Positions 1-10,900 of a DNA stretch of 64,000 bases are shown one piece after another. Under the pieces are notes generated by a model. It was not told where the DNA came from. It saw nothing but the letters and a program-made list of their open reading frames with translations, and did no database searches. The position numbers and the translations under genes were made by a program. The stretch spans positions 12,786 to 76,785 of the forward strand of contig CAJIYZ010000035.1 of NCBI GenBank assembly GCA_905181675.1, given 5' to 3'. The DNA comes from Bacteroidetes bacterium MED-G20. GTDB taxonomy: Bacteria > Bacteroidota > Bacteroidia > Flavobacteriales_D > Parvicellaceae. The first letter of the stretch is position 1. The number at the start of each line of letters is the position of its first letter.

Positions 1-305
1 TTGGAGAGCATTCATTTATAGCTGGAGGTTCTTTGGTTCGTAAAAATGTCCCCCCGTATGTAAAAGCAGCAAGAGAGCCACTTTCCTATATAGGAGTTAA
101 TACAATTGGCTTAAGAAGACGAGGGTTTAATGATCAACAAATTATTAACATAGAGGATATTTATAGAGTAATATATGTTCAAAACAGCAATATGACCACC
201 GCCTTAAGAGTGGCAGATTTAGAAATTCCTGTTTCAGACGAAAAAGAAGTTGTTTTAGAGTTTATAAGAAACTCTACCAAAGGAATAATGAGAGGACTGA
301 GCTAA
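1..305 (+). CDS. lpxA: UDP-N-acetylglucosamine O-acyltransferase (LpxA), C-terminal fragment; 5' end outside window
   Basis: Frame is open from nt 3. The translation GEHSFIAGGSLVRKNVPPYVKAAREPLSYIGVNTIGLRRRGF... looks like the end of the hexapeptide beta-helix plus the C-terminal helical domain of LpxA. The TTG at 33 in the ORF track is internal. Confidence 0.85.
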   Translation, partial: GEHSFIAGGSLVRKNVPPYVKAAREPLSYIGVNTIGLRRRGFNDQQIINIEDIYRVIYVQNSNMTTALRVADLEIPVSDEKEVVLEFIRNSTKGIMRGLS

Positions 306-307
306 AG

Positions 308-1219
308 TTATAGCTCTGTTTTAATAACTTGAATTACTTCATAAGAATTTCTATCACACAAATAAGCAATTAATGAAAGATTCTCGATATTATATGTTGG
401 GTCAATAGTAGGATCTGGAAGTTTATAAGAAAAATCGTTGTAAACTACTGTGTTTTCATCTGCCACCCCACCTTCATTAATTAAACTTCCCCAAGTATCA
501 TTGATGTTTTTTGATAGTACAGAGTGATGGTGGTAGTTGGTGTCAACAACTCCAGCATTGAATTTTTGAGGAGATATAACCTCATTCCTGATTAAATAAA
601 TTATTAGATGAAAATTACCAGAGATAAGGTTTGAAAAAGAAGTTTCGGTATGTATAAATAATCCATTGGTTGATGCAAAATAGTTATATTTTAACTGAAT
701 ATTTGCAATTAGTGGTTTGTTAATCTCATTATTTACTCCGTTAACCCACTCAGTAGCTAAATACCAAACACTTCCAGAAAGACCTTGGCTATTTCTATTA
801 ATTGTTCCCATTGGATTTCCTAGAAATCCAGTCATTTCACTAACATACTCATCACCAGCATCAGTTCTGTAGTCATTTACATACAAGCCATCTGTAGCTT
901 GAAAAGACCCGTCTGCACTAGCATGAATAGAGGCAACAATAACATTTTTAACAGAATCGTCTTCAAGAGATTTAGCAGTTTGAGCTGCAGATGGGCAATT
1001 AGTGCATTTATGTCCAGTATAATCCTCTAGCAATATTCCTTTCGTATTAGTATTTACTCCCCAATTACTTGATGGGTTTGATATATCATAAGGGTAATTT
1101 GATGGGTCACCAGGGTATAGGCTCCAATCAAATTTTCCAAACTCTTCAGGAAGAGGACTTTCAATTTTATCACATGAAAGCATAGTAATCAATAAAATAA
1201 ATCCAAAATAATTTTTCAT
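308..1219 (-). CDS. Omp28-related thioredoxin-fold outer-membrane lipoprotein with CxxC (HKCTNCP)
   Basis: Lipoprotein signal (MKNYFGFILLITMLSC). The motif EDYTGHKCTNCPSA resembles the thioredoxin-like CxxC of Omp28-related proteins as I recall them. Last gene of a tightly packed 3-gene minus-strand unit. Confidence 0.6.
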   Translation of the reverse strand: MKNYFGFILLITMLSCDKIESPLPEEFGKFDWSLYPGDPSNYPYDISNPSSNWGVNTNTKGILLEDYTGHKCTNCPSAAQTAKSLEDDSVKNVIVASIHASADGSFQATDGLYVNDYRTDAGDEYVSEMTGFLGNPMGTINRNSQGLSGSVWYLATEWVNGVNNEINKPLIANIQLKYNYFASTNGLFIHTETSFSNLISGNFHLIIYLIRNEVISPQKFNAGVVDTNYHHHSVLSKNINDTWGSLINEGGVADENTVVYNDFSYKLPDPTIDPTYNIENLSLIAYLCDRNSYEVIQVIKTEL

Positions 1220-1220
1220 T

Positions 1221-2894
1221 TTAAAAACTTGATGTAAAAGAAAATGTTAATCCATTAGATGCAGGAACTGCTCTACATACACCACCTACACAAAAAACTC
1301 CTGCTCTTTGTTTTCCATACTGAAGTGAGAATCTATGAGATCCGTTAATATACCCACCGGATATTAAACCATAATGAATTCTTTTTTCAATATTTTTATT
1401 GCCGTAATTGTACTGGTCTAAAACTGCTAAATACCAATGTGGGCTAAACGTATATTCAATTTGTCCAAAAGCCCAATTTCCTTTGTCTTGCTCAGTCCAC
1501 ATTCCCTGAGTTTCAAATCTTAAAGAATGGTATCTATTGATTTTATAAGTTAAATCCAAAACCAAAATTTGGGCATAAATCATTTTATAATATCCTGCTA
1601 CTTTAACAGCATCGTCGTTAAATTTAAAATTGAAATAATTTAAATTTAGTTTAAGTTTTTTATTGATTTTTCTCTTAATCTCTATATTGAAATCTTGAAA
1701 TAAGAGGCTATCTGATTTTGCAAAATACTTAGTTGTGTAACTAGTTCTAGCACCATCCATATCGTCAATAAATGTTCTTTTAGGGGTGTAGTCTGTCGCA
1801 AAATTAATTGCTACAGATGTTCCATATTTACCACCAATTAATGTTTTTTTAGGAATTTTAAATAAAACATCCGCCTGGTAGGCAATTTCACCATAAAAAT
1901 TAGTAGCATAGGGGTATAGTGTTGCAGCTAGATTATAGGTATGTTGTTTGGTTAATGCCGGCAAATAACCAATTAATAAATCTGTTGGCCCCACATTTAC
2001 ATTCGTCGATCTCCACAACATATTGTCCATGTGTTTTGCAGAAAAATCTACCGCAAACCCTTTAGTGGAATAACCTAAATTAAATAAAAGACCTTCTCCA
2101 TTTTTATAGATATAATTAAAATTTTCATTTTGATTATCTGGATAAGGGTCATTTATTTTATGGACATATTCACCATTAAAACGGATCTTATTATATCTTA
2201 AATTCAACCTTATTGACGATGAACCAACATTTTTAGGCAAATTAAATATTGGTGTTTTATTATCGTCATTGAATTTACTAACAAAGCTTGCTCCAAGAAA
2301 AGCTTTTAGCTTGGAGTTTTTTGTTGAATCTTCAAATAATTCATTAAGATTAAATTCTCCATCAACAGCCCTTACAATACCATTTCCATTCACTAACCCA
2401 TCCACAAACAAATGTCGTTGTTTGCCAATCATTCCTTTAAGATAAATTCCTTTTAAAGGTTCGTAAGTCAATCTTATTCCATCTAATGAGTTATCTATTC
2501 CTAACTGTCTTTCTTCGTAAGCTCTAAAGATCATTCCACTTCCAAATTGATCATAAAAGTTGCCAATTGTAACCCCTACATTGTCATTTTTCCAAGACAA
2601 GTATCTATATCCTATTCCAGTACCAGAAAATGATGTTGGATATCCCTCCAAAGTATTAAGATAGCTTTCGTATCTTAATCCAGCTCTGAAATCTCCTTTC
2701 TGAAAATTTATATTGGCAAATCCATTGAATCCATAAAGATGATCTGGAAGTGCAGCATTGATAAGAGTATCTTCTTGATAATATTGACCGATTGATTGAA
2801 TATTTCCAGAAATTACACCAATTGGAGAGTCTTCTTGACTCAAGATGTTAGAACAAAAATTAAGTGCTAAAAAAAATAGAATTATTTTTTTCAT
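1221..2894 (-). CDS. Large outer-membrane beta-barrel protein of unknown function (DUF6029-like, from memory)
   Basis: 557 aa with a signal peptide (MKKIILFFLALNFCSNILSQ). Alternating hydrophobic/aromatic strand pattern throughout and a C-terminal ...LTFSFTSSF ending in Phe, typical of OM barrels. ATGA overlap with the upstream TlpA-like gene. Confidence 0.55.
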   Translation of the reverse strand: MKKIILFFLALNFCSNILSQEDSPIGVISGNIQSIGQYYQEDTLINAALPDHLYGFNGFANINFQKGDFRAGLRYESYLNTLEGYPTSFSGTGIGYRYLSWKNDNVGVTIGNFYDQFGSGMIFRAYEERQLGIDNSLDGIRLTYEPLKGIYLKGMIGKQRHLFVDGLVNGNGIVRAVDGEFNLNELFEDSTKNSKLKAFLGASFVSKFNDDNKTPIFNLPKNVGSSSIRLNLRYNKIRFNGEYVHKINDPYPDNQNENFNYIYKNGEGLLFNLGYSTKGFAVDFSAKHMDNMLWRSTNVNVGPTDLLIGYLPALTKQHTYNLAATLYPYATNFYGEIAYQADVLFKIPKKTLIGGKYGTSVAINFATDYTPKRTFIDDMDGARTSYTTKYFAKSDSLLFQDFNIEIKRKINKKLKLNLNYFNFKFNDDAVKVAGYYKMIYAQILVLDLTYKINRYHSLRFETQGMWTEQDKGNWAFGQIEYTFSPHWYLAVLDQYNYGNKNIEKRIHYGLISGGYINGSHRFSLQYGKQRAGVFCVGGVCRAVPASNGLTFSFTSSF

Positions 2895-3373
2895 TTAGCT
2901 ATTTTAACCAGCTCTTCGTAAAGCTCTTCTTCATCTCCAGGGGAGTAATTATTGTGGTCCCAGACAATTTTCCCATTACCATCTACTAAAAAAGTATGGG
3001 GAACATTATTAACATTCATTGCCCTTTTGAGATCGCCATTAGGATCTAATAAAACCAAATATTCCCAACCTTGGGCATTAATGTATGGTTCAACTCTAGT
3101 ACTTGACCTTGCATCGTCAATTGATACTGCTATTAATTTAACTCCAGTTTCTTCTATCCAGTCATCGTATTCTTCGGCAATTGTATTTAATTCTGCCTTA
3201 CATGGTTTGCACCATGTGGCCCAAAAGCTAATAATAATTGGTTTCCCGTTGTTGCTGAATTTTGAAAGGTTCTTTGTTACTCCTTTTACGTCTTTTAAGT
3301 TTATGTTAGGAAGTTGGCAAAATCCTATAGAAATAACTAGACTTAAAGTAATTGACAAGAAAAATTTATTCAT
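2891..3373 (-). CDS. TlpA/ResA-family periplasmic thiol:disulfide oxidoreductase
   Basis: Signal peptide followed by ...PIIISFWATWCKPCKAELN... (WCxxC thioredoxin motif), and VPHTFLVDGNGKIV typical of the redoxin fold. Confidence 0.85.
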   Translation of the reverse strand: MNKFFLSITLSLVISIGFCQLPNINLKDVKGVTKNLSKFSNNGKPIIISFWATWCKPCKAELNTIAEEYDDWIEETGVKLIAVSIDDARSSTRVEPYINAQGWEYLVLLDPNGDLKRAMNVNNVPHTFLVDGNGKIVWDHNNYSPGDEEELYEELVKIAK

Positions 3374-3505
3374 AAAAATTTATTGATTTAAAATCTTTTA
3401 GTAAAATTGAGTTTATTCTCAAAACCTAAAGACTTTCTATAAAAATAGAACTATTTACTAAAAATAACCATAATTTATATAACTATTATGGAAAGTTTAA
3501 TTCCT

Positions 3506-3513
3506 TATATTTG
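3506..3513 (+). promoter_or_regulatory. Putative Bacteroidota -7 promoter box (TAnnTTTG)
   Basis: TATATTTG lies 11 nt upstream of the ATG at 3525, in the divergent intergenic region. Motif match only. Confidence 0.35.
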
Positions 3514-3524
3514 AAAAAAAAATC

Positions 3525-4229
3525 ATGAAGCATATTTTATTTACATTAACTTTTGTTTTATCCACCTTGTTTTCTATTTCTCAAATAAACGTTCTTTGGG
3601 ATGATGATCCTGGCGTAGTTTATAATGGTCAAACGATAAATATTGTTAAAGATTATGCAGGTTTTGATGTGTATATGCACTGTCAAAATATTAGTTCGTC
3701 AGCTCAAGATATAAAATTCAGAAGAGTTGTTCTTAGTTCAAATGACAGCCTATTTAATGATCAATTTTGCGATAATAATCTTTGTTATTCTTGTTTTGGA
3801 AGTGATTGGACAACACCAGCTTCAAACCCATTGCAGCCTGGAGATTCTTGTTTAATGAAAGGGACTTTTTATTTTTATGATGGTGGAAATGTAACTTTAA
3901 GATATTATGTTTTAGATTTAAATGACAATCCTCTAGATTCCGTGGATGTAAATATTTTAAATACTGTGGATTTATCTGAATTCAACGATGCAAGTATTTT
4001 AGCTTATCCTAATCCTGCAACTACTTTTTGGAACTTGGAAATCCCAAATCTTTCAGCTGATAATTCATTACAAATATTTGATATTTCAGGTAAAAAGGTA
4101 TTTTCTTTAAAACTCAAATCTAACTCAAATAACATTGATCTGAACAATTTAAAACCAGGGATATATACCTATCAAATTTTTAATGCTAATGAGCTGATAA
4201 AAAGCGATAAGTTGATTTTAGAAAATTAA
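3525..4229 (+). CDS. Secreted Cys-rich protein with type IX secretion C-terminal sorting domain
   Basis: Signal peptide. The C-terminal ~80 aa (LAYPNPATTFWNLEI...IFDISGKKV...LKPGIYTYQIF...) match the T9SS type-A CTD pattern. The N-terminal domain carries 5 Cys (FCDNNLCYSCFG). Confidence 0.75.
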   Translation: MKHILFTLTFVLSTLFSISQINVLWDDDPGVVYNGQTINIVKDYAGFDVYMHCQNISSSAQDIKFRRVVLSSNDSLFNDQFCDNNLCYSCFGSDWTTPASNPLQPGDSCLMKGTFYFYDGGNVTLRYYVLDLNDNPLDSVDVNILNTVDLSEFNDASILAYPNPATTFWNLEIPNLSADNSLQIFDISGKKVFSLKLKSNSNNIDLNNLKPGIYTYQIFNANELIKSDKLILEN

Positions 4230-4240
4230 TTAGTCAAGTG

Positions 4241-4954
4241 TTAATTTTTATTTAAAACTTCTAGAACTATATTTTCCATAACTTTATATCCAGCTAAATT
4301 TGGGTGTACCAGATCTTCTGAAGAAGTATATTTTGGAACTTTTAAACCTCCCACGGAATCTGACATTGTGTTATAGAAATCAATATAAGTAGCATTATTT
4401 TTATGACAATACGTTTTTAAAATAGTATTTAATTTAACAACTTTTTCACTTGGGTTTAATCCTGGTGACCAAGGGAAATCAATTGCAGGAAGAGTAGAGC
4501 AGATATAAACTATTACAGCATTTGCTATTGCTAGTTCTGCCATAGAAATAATGTTTTCAGCAGTATTTGCAATAGTTATTCGCCCTGTATTTCCAGCTAT
4601 ATCATTGATTCCCCCCATAATTACTACTGCTTTTGGATTTAAATTGACTACATCAGGTTTAAATCTTATTAGCATTTGAGGGGTTGTTTGTCCTCCAATT
4701 CCTCGGTTTACAAACACGTTAGTTTTAAAAAAACTTGGACTTAATAATCCCCATCCTTCGATAACAGAGTTGCCTATAAATACAATGCGATTTGTAATAG
4801 GTTTTTTTATTAAAGCTTCATTTTTTTTCTTATATTTTTTCAAATTTGCCCAGTCCATCAATGTTCCTCCTCCATGAATATATTCACCTTGTGGGATAAT
4901 ATTTAATACAAATAATAAAAAGCTTATTACTAAAGTTGATTTTTTATAAGTCAT
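4241..4954 (-). CDS. SGNH/GDSL-family hydrolase (esterase/acetylhydrolase-like)
   Basis: Signal/anchor peptide plus block I FIGNSVIEGW (catalytic Ser), block III GGINDI and block V DLVHPN (Asp/His). Confidence 0.75.
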   Translation of the reverse strand: MTYKKSTLVISFLLFVLNIIPQGEYIHGGGTLMDWANLKKYKKKNEALIKKPITNRIVFIGNSVIEGWGLLSPSFFKTNVFVNRGIGGQTTPQMLIRFKPDVVNLNPKAVVIMGGINDIAGNTGRITIANTAENIISMAELAIANAVIVYICSTLPAIDFPWSPGLNPSEKVVKLNTILKTYCHKNNATYIDFYNTMSDSVGGLKVPKYTSSEDLVHPNLAGYKVMENIVLEVLNKN

Positions 4955-5119
4955 TTTTTTAATTATTATTTAAAAATAAAAGCAGCTTCTAAAAGTTATT
5001 ATTTCTAACTCTATTTACAATACCAGCCTTTTCATTAACATCTTTTTGTTACACAATTAGTACGTATTTATGTATCCTATTGTTAACAGTTGTTTAAATT
5101 AGCTAACAATACTCAATTT

Positions 5120-7390
5120 ATGTCAAAAAAACTATTGAAAAAAGATGCCCTAGATTATCACAGTTCAGGAAGAAAGGGTAAAATTGAGGTAGTTCCAACA
5201 AAACCATATTCTTCTCAAAGAGATCTTTCGTTGGCATACTCTCCTGGAGTTGCAGAACCATGCTTGGCAATTCACAAAAACAAGGAAGATGTATACAAGT
5301 ATACCGCCAAAGGAAACTTGGTAGCTGTAATTTCTAATGGAACAGCAGTACTAGGCTTGGGAGATATTGGTCCTGAAGCTTCAAAACCCGTAATGGAAGG
5401 CAAAGGTTTACTTTTTAAAATATTTGCAGATATTGATGTCTTTGATATTGAAATTAACGAGACCAATATTGATAAATTTGTAGATACTGTTAAAGCAATT
5501 TCTCCAACGTTTGGAGGGATTAATTTAGAAGATATCAAAGCTCCAGAAGCTTTTATAATTGAAGAGCGTTTAAAAAAGGAATTAGATATTCCTGTGATGC
5601 ATGATGATCAACACGGAACAGCAATTATTTCATCTGCAGCATTATTAAACGCGTTAGAAATTGCCAATAAAAAAATTGAAAAAGTTAAAGTAGTGGTAAG
5701 TGGTGCAGGTGCTTCTGCCCAGTCTTGTGTTAAACTTTATCTCTCTCTTGGAGTTAAAAAAGAAAATGTTTTCATGTTTGATTCTAAAGGATTAATACAT
5801 GCTAAAAGAAAGGATTTAGATGAGAACAAAAAGTTCTTTGCCCAAAAATGCCCCGATATATCCTTGGAAAAAGCCTTTGTTAATGCGGATGTTTTTCTAG
5901 GCTTATCTAAGGGTGGAGTTGTTCAATCTGATATGATAAAAAGTATGGCAAAAAACCCAATCGTTTTTGCTTTAGCAAACCCCAATCCAGAAATTGAATA
6001 CGATCTAGCATTAGAAACAAGGGACGATGTGATTATGGCTACCGGAAGATCAGATCATCCAAATCAAGTGAATAATGTGCTTGGGTTTCCTTATATATTT
6101 CGTGGGGCTCTAGATGTTAGAGCTACAAAAATTAATGAAGAAATGAAACTGGCAGCTGTTAATGCAATTGCAAAATTGGCCAAAGAGCCTGTTCCAGATG
6201 TAGTAAATGAAGCCTACGATGCAAAAATAATTTCTTTTGGACGCACCCAGATTATCCCAAAGCCTCTTGACCCAAGATTAATTTACTGGGTTGCTCCCGC
6301 AGTGGCTAAAGCTGCGATAGAATCTGGAGTTGCTAAAGAACCAATTAAGGATTGGAAAAAATATGAGTTAGAATTAATGCAACGTCTAGGCTTAGACAAT
6401 AAATTCATTAGAAACCTAACCTCTAAAGCAAAAATAAGTCCGAAAAAAGTAGTTTTTGCAGAAGCAGACCACTATAAAATCCTAAAAGCTGCGGCAATGG
6501 CTTTAGAAGAGGGAATTGCAATTCCAATTTTGCTGGGTAAAAAACACAATATTCAAAAAATAATTGATGAGTACAATTTAGATTTATCCAATTGTGAAAT
6601 TATTGATCCTAGAAATGAAAGCGAATCAAAACATAGAGAAATGTTTGCTGAAATTTTACATAAAAAGAGAAAAAGAAGAGGGTTGACTTTTTATGAAGCG
6701 AAAAAATTAATGAGGGAAAGAAATTATTTTGCAGCTGCAATGGTAGAAACCGGAATGGCAGATGTAATGATTTCTGGACTTACAAGGAGTTACAAAGACT
6801 CAATCCGCCCTGCTTTAAGAGTTATTGGTGTTGAAAAAGGACTAAATAAAATTGCAGGAATGTATATTTTAATAAGTAAAGATGGACCAATGTTTTTCGC
6901 AGATACTACTGTAAATATTAATCCTTCAGTAGAAGAAATTGTAGATATTACTCTTTTGGTTGCTAGAACTGTAAAACAATATAAAATTAAACCTAGAATT
7001 GCTTTATTGAGTTATTCAAATTTCGGGTCAAATGAAGGACCAGATGCAATTAAAATGAGAGAAGCAACTAAAATTTTGCACGAAAATCATCCCGGGTTAG
7101 TTGTTGATGGAGAATTGCAAGCAAACTTTGCGGTTAATAACGAATTAATTAACGATTTTTTCCCATTTTCTTTACTATCAAATCAAAGTGCAAATACTTT
7201 AATTTTTCCAAATTTAAGCGCGGGTAATATAGCTTATAAATTGGTAAAAGAAATGGGCGATAGAGAAGCAATTGGTCCTGTTTTATTGGGCATGAAAAAA
7301 CCAGTTCACGTACTACAAATAGGATCTTCAGTAAGAGAGATATTAAATATGATAACTCTTGGAGTGGTAGATGTACAAAACCGTAAATAA
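5120..7390 (+). CDS. maeB: NADP-dependent malic enzyme with C-terminal phosphotransacetylase-like domain
   Basis: [14 protein letters not shown]...GKIEV.PTKP...[10 protein letters not shown] and the C-terminal PTA-like region are typical of MaeB-type 750-aa malic enzymes. The ATG at 5120 is preferred over the TTG at 5090. Confidence 0.9.
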   Translation: MSKKLLKKDALDYHSSGRKGKIEVVPTKPYSSQRDLSLAYSPGVAEPCLAIHKNKEDVYKYTAKGNLVAVISNGTAVLGLGDIGPEASKPVMEGKGLLFKIFADIDVFDIEINETNIDKFVDTVKAISPTFGGINLEDIKAPEAFIIEERLKKELDIPVMHDDQHGTAIISSAALLNALEIANKKIEKVKVVVSGAGASAQSCVKLYLSLGVKKENVFMFDSKGLIHAKRKDLDENKKFFAQKCPDISLEKAFVNADVFLGLSKGGVVQSDMIKSMAKNPIVFALANPNPEIEYDLALETRDDVIMATGRSDHPNQVNNVLGFPYIFRGALDVRATKINEEMKLAAVNAIAKLAKEPVPDVVNEAYDAKIISFGRTQIIPKPLDPRLIYWVAPAVAKAAIESGVAKEPIKDWKKYELELMQRLGLDNKFIRNLTSKAKISPKKVVFAEADHYKILKAAAMALEEGIAIPILLGKKHNIQKIIDEYNLDLSNCEIIDPRNESESKHREMFAEILHKKRKRRGLTFYEAKKLMRERNYFAAAMVETGMADVMISGLTRSYKDSIRPALRVIGVEKGLNKIAGMYILISKDGPMFFADTTVNINPSVEEIVDITLLVARTVKQYKIKPRIALLSYSNFGSNEGPDAIKMREATKILHENHPGLVVDGELQANFAVNNELINDFFPFSLLSNQSANTLIFPNLSAGNIAYKLVKEMGDREAIGPVLLGMKKPVHVLQIGSSVREILNMITLGVVDVQNRK

Positions 7391-7395
7391 GAACT

Positions 7396-7977
7396 ATGAT
7401 AGCGCATATTCAAGGAATTTTAGAATCAAAAACACCAACACATGTAGTAATCGATGTAAACGGAGTTGGCTATATGCTAAATATTTCCTTAAACACTTAT
7501 GATTCGCTACCCTCAAAAGGAAAATTAAGGCTGTTTAGTCATTTAATTGTTAGAGAGGATGCACATATATTATTTGGGTTTTCTGAAGAGGAAGAAAGAA
7601 TGATGTTTAGAGAACTAATTAATGTTTCTGGAGTTGGCGCAAGTACTGCTTTAATGGTTTTATCATCTATGAAACCAGTAGAAGTTGCTCAAGCAGTTGA
7701 TCAAAGTGATGTAAATGCTTTTAAAAGTGTAAAAGGAATTGGACTGAAGTCCGCACAAAGAATTATTGTTGATCTTAAAGGAAAGTTGGATAAAATTGAA
7801 TCCAATAGCGATTTTTTGTCCCCTCTGGGCAATACCTATAAAAATGAAGCGTTATCTGCATTGGTAGTTTTGGGTATAGATAAGAAAAAAGCTTCGAACA
7901 CAATTGATGAGATATTGAAAAACAACGATATTTCTTCTGTTGAAGAGCTTATTAAAACGACACTTAAAGCTGTTTAA
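7396..7977 (+). CDS. ruvA: Holliday junction DNA helicase subunit RuvA
   Basis: MIAHIQG.L....P..VVIDVNGVGY...S..T and the helix-hairpin-helix segment VSGVGASTALMVLS are typical of RuvA. Length 193 aa. Confidence 0.9.
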   Translation: MIAHIQGILESKTPTHVVIDVNGVGYMLNISLNTYDSLPSKGKLRLFSHLIVREDAHILFGFSEEEERMMFRELINVSGVGASTALMVLSSMKPVEVAQAVDQSDVNAFKSVKGIGLKSAQRIIVDLKGKLDKIESNSDFLSPLGNTYKNEALSALVVLGIDKKKASNTIDEILKNNDISSVEELIKTTLKAV

Positions 7978-7986
7978 AAAGACACA

Positions 7987-10900
7987 TTGCAAAATAATTT
8001 TTTTAAAAGTAAAGCAGTTTTACTAATTGTTTTGATCATTCTAATTGGATTAAAGATCGAAGCTAAGCAATATCCTTATGCGCCTGCAATAGCACTAGAT
8101 TCTCCGGAAATAGATTTGATTTTCCCAATAAACGACCCTTTAGACCCTACCAATTTTTCTCTTGGCCTAATAGATTTTCAACTGCCACTGAATATTCAAA
8201 ATAATGTTAATTACAATCCACTAACTGGCCAATATATATTTAACTCTTTGCTTGGGGATTCTCTTAGTTTTAGACCATCAAGTGAAGTATCGTTAAACGA
8301 TTATCTCAAGATGCAACATGAAAAGTCCATGTCTGATTTTTGGAAAAAAAATCTGGATGAAATGTCAGACTATAAATATAAAACTGTAGAAGACGAAATT
8401 AAAATCAATGAACCACCTGCTAAAAAGATTTTCGGAAGTGACTTTGTTGAAATTAGACCTCAAGGGTCAGCTGAATTAAGCTTTGGACTTAATAGATCCC
8501 GTACGGATAATCCTGTACTTCCAGAAAGAAATAGAAGCGTTACTGTTTTCGATTTTGATCAAAAAATACAAATGAATCTAACAGGGAAAATTGGAGATTT
8601 AATGGATTTAGGATTTAACTACAATACGGAAGCTACCTTCGACTTTGACAACCAGTTAAATTTAGATTATTCAGGAAAAGAAGACGATATTTTACAAAAA
8701 CTAGAAGCGGGAAATGTAACCCTGCCTTTAAATAGCACATTGATTTCAGGTAGTCAAAGTTTATTTGGAATTAAATCAGAACTGAAATTTGGTAAATTAA
8801 CTGCCACTACTGTTTTGTCTCAACAAAAAGGTCAGAAAAAAGAAATTGAAGTTTCGGGTGGAGCTCAGCTCAATGAATTTGAGATAAATGCGGATAACTA
8901 TGAAGAAAACCGACATTTCTTTCTAAGTTTTCATTATAGAGAAACTTATGATCAGTCCATGAGAACACTGCCTTTAATCACTTCTGGTGTTCAAATCCAA
9001 CGAATTGAAGTATGGGTTACCAATAGAAATAATACGGTCCAAAACACTAGAAATATTTTGTGTTTTACGGATTTGGGTGAGCCAAAGTTGAACCATTTAG
9101 AAAATCAATCGTGGAATTCCGGACCTTACCCAGTACCCGATAATGGTCATAATGCTCTTTACAATAATATCACCTCCAACTCCAATGTCAGAAATTATGT
9201 AAATGCTAGTAACGAACTATCAGGGCCAAGTTATAATATGGAACAAGGAATTGAATTTGAAAAGGTGGAAAATGCAAGAATGCTTTCTTCAAATGAGTTT
9301 AATTACAATTCTGTATTAGGTTTTATTTCTTTAAATCAATCACTCAACAACGACCAAGTTTTAGGAGTTTCTTACCAGTATACCTATGCAGGAAAAACTT
9401 ACCAAGTTGGAGAACTTTCTACCGATGGAGTTGCTGGCCAAAGTGCTTTGTTTCTAAAATTACTGAAGTCTACAGTAAGAAATCCTAAGAAGAAGCTATG
9501 GGATTTAATGATGAAAAATGTCTATTCTCTTGGCGCATATCAAGTAGACCCAAATAATTTCAGGTTAGACATATGGTACAATAATCCTCTTACTTCAATC
9601 GACATTAATTATATTCCTAAAACTGGAGTAGATGACAAGCTTTTAATTCAACTTTTAGATTTGGATAGATTAAATCAACAACAACAAATGTACCAAGATG
9701 GTTTATTTGATTTTGTCCCAATAACCTCCATTCAAGGTAAAATCCCCAATGGCGGAACCATTAATCCTAGAAATGGCAGACTATATTTTACCACAGTAGA
9801 ACCTTTTGGAAAAACTTTAAAACAAAAAATGATAAATGAAGGTATTTCTTCTACGATAATTGATAAAGTAGCTTTTACTCAGCTATACGACAGTACTAAA
9901 ACAGCAGCTCAGCAATTGCCTGAAATTAATAGATTTAAAATAAAAGGAAGTTATCAGTCCTCAGTTAGTTCGGAAATCTCATTAAATGCAATGAATATTC
10001 CTCAGGGTTCTGTGGTGGTTACTGCTGGTGGACAAATTTTAATTGAAGGTTCTCAATATATGGTAGACTACAACCTAGGAAGAGTAAAGATTTTAGATGA
10101 TGGAATATTAAGTTCCGGAACTCCAATCAAAATTTCTCTAGAAAGCAATTCTTTGTTTAGTGTTCAAATGAAAACACTTCTTGGAACTCATCTAGATTAT
10201 AAGATTAATAAAGATGCTAATATTGGTGCAACAATTCTCAAATTAAAAGAAAGACCTTTAACACCAAAGGTTAATGCTGGTGACGAACCAATTTCTAATA
10301 CTATGCTTGGATTGGATGGAGGCTTTAGAAAGGAAGTACCCTCATTAACTAAATTGGTGGATATGCTTCCATTTATTGAAACCAAGAAAAAATCTATGGT
10401 TAATTTTTCTGGAGAATTAGCAGCATTAATTCCTGGGCACAATAAAGCTATTGATATTACTCAAGAAAATGGATCTTCTTACATAGATGATTTTGAAGGA
10501 AGTCAAAGTGCTATTGATATTAGAACAATAAATAATTGGGTTTTAGCTTCGGTTCCTCAAGGTCAACCAGATCTATTCCCAGAGGCATCTTTGTACAACG
10601 ATATTAATTACGGTAAAAATAGAGCAAAGTTTTCTTGGTATGTAATTGACCCTTTATTTCATAGTAGAACCTCTTCTTTAACCCCTAACCATATTAAGGG
10701 TTCTGCTTTTCAAGACAATCACCTTATGAGACAAGTGCTTGTTGATGAGGTTTTCCCAAATAAACAATTAGGTACTGGGCAGTTAACCAATATTCCTGTT
10801 TTTGACATTTCTTATTATCCCAAAGAAAGAGGCCCTTATAATTTTGATGTAGAATCTAGTAATTATTCTTCGGGAATAAATCCTTCTAATGGAGAATTGA

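Noticed and set aside
2952-3386. 144-aa plus-strand ORF covering the whole TlpA-like gene in antisense
   Set aside because: It is a shadow of a well-supported thioredoxin-family gene. Its translation is low-complexity (S/L/I-rich) with no motif, and there is no independent start context.
5080-5109. Imperfect inverted repeat TTGTTAAC...GCTAACAA around TTTAAA, upstream of maeB (possible operator)
   Set aside because: Only 7 of 8 positions match, in extremely AT-rich DNA, so chance occurrence is likely. No second copy was seen elsewhere in the window.
5090-5119. N-terminal extensions offered by the ORF track: maeB 5090, gcvH 15415, deoC 19387, DUF2061-like 22567, gmd 23614, small CxxC protein 34944, DUF4105-like 47956.
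   Set aside because: In each case an internal ATG gives the family-typical N-terminus or signal peptide and removes an implausible overlap with the upstream gene. The extension peptides look random.
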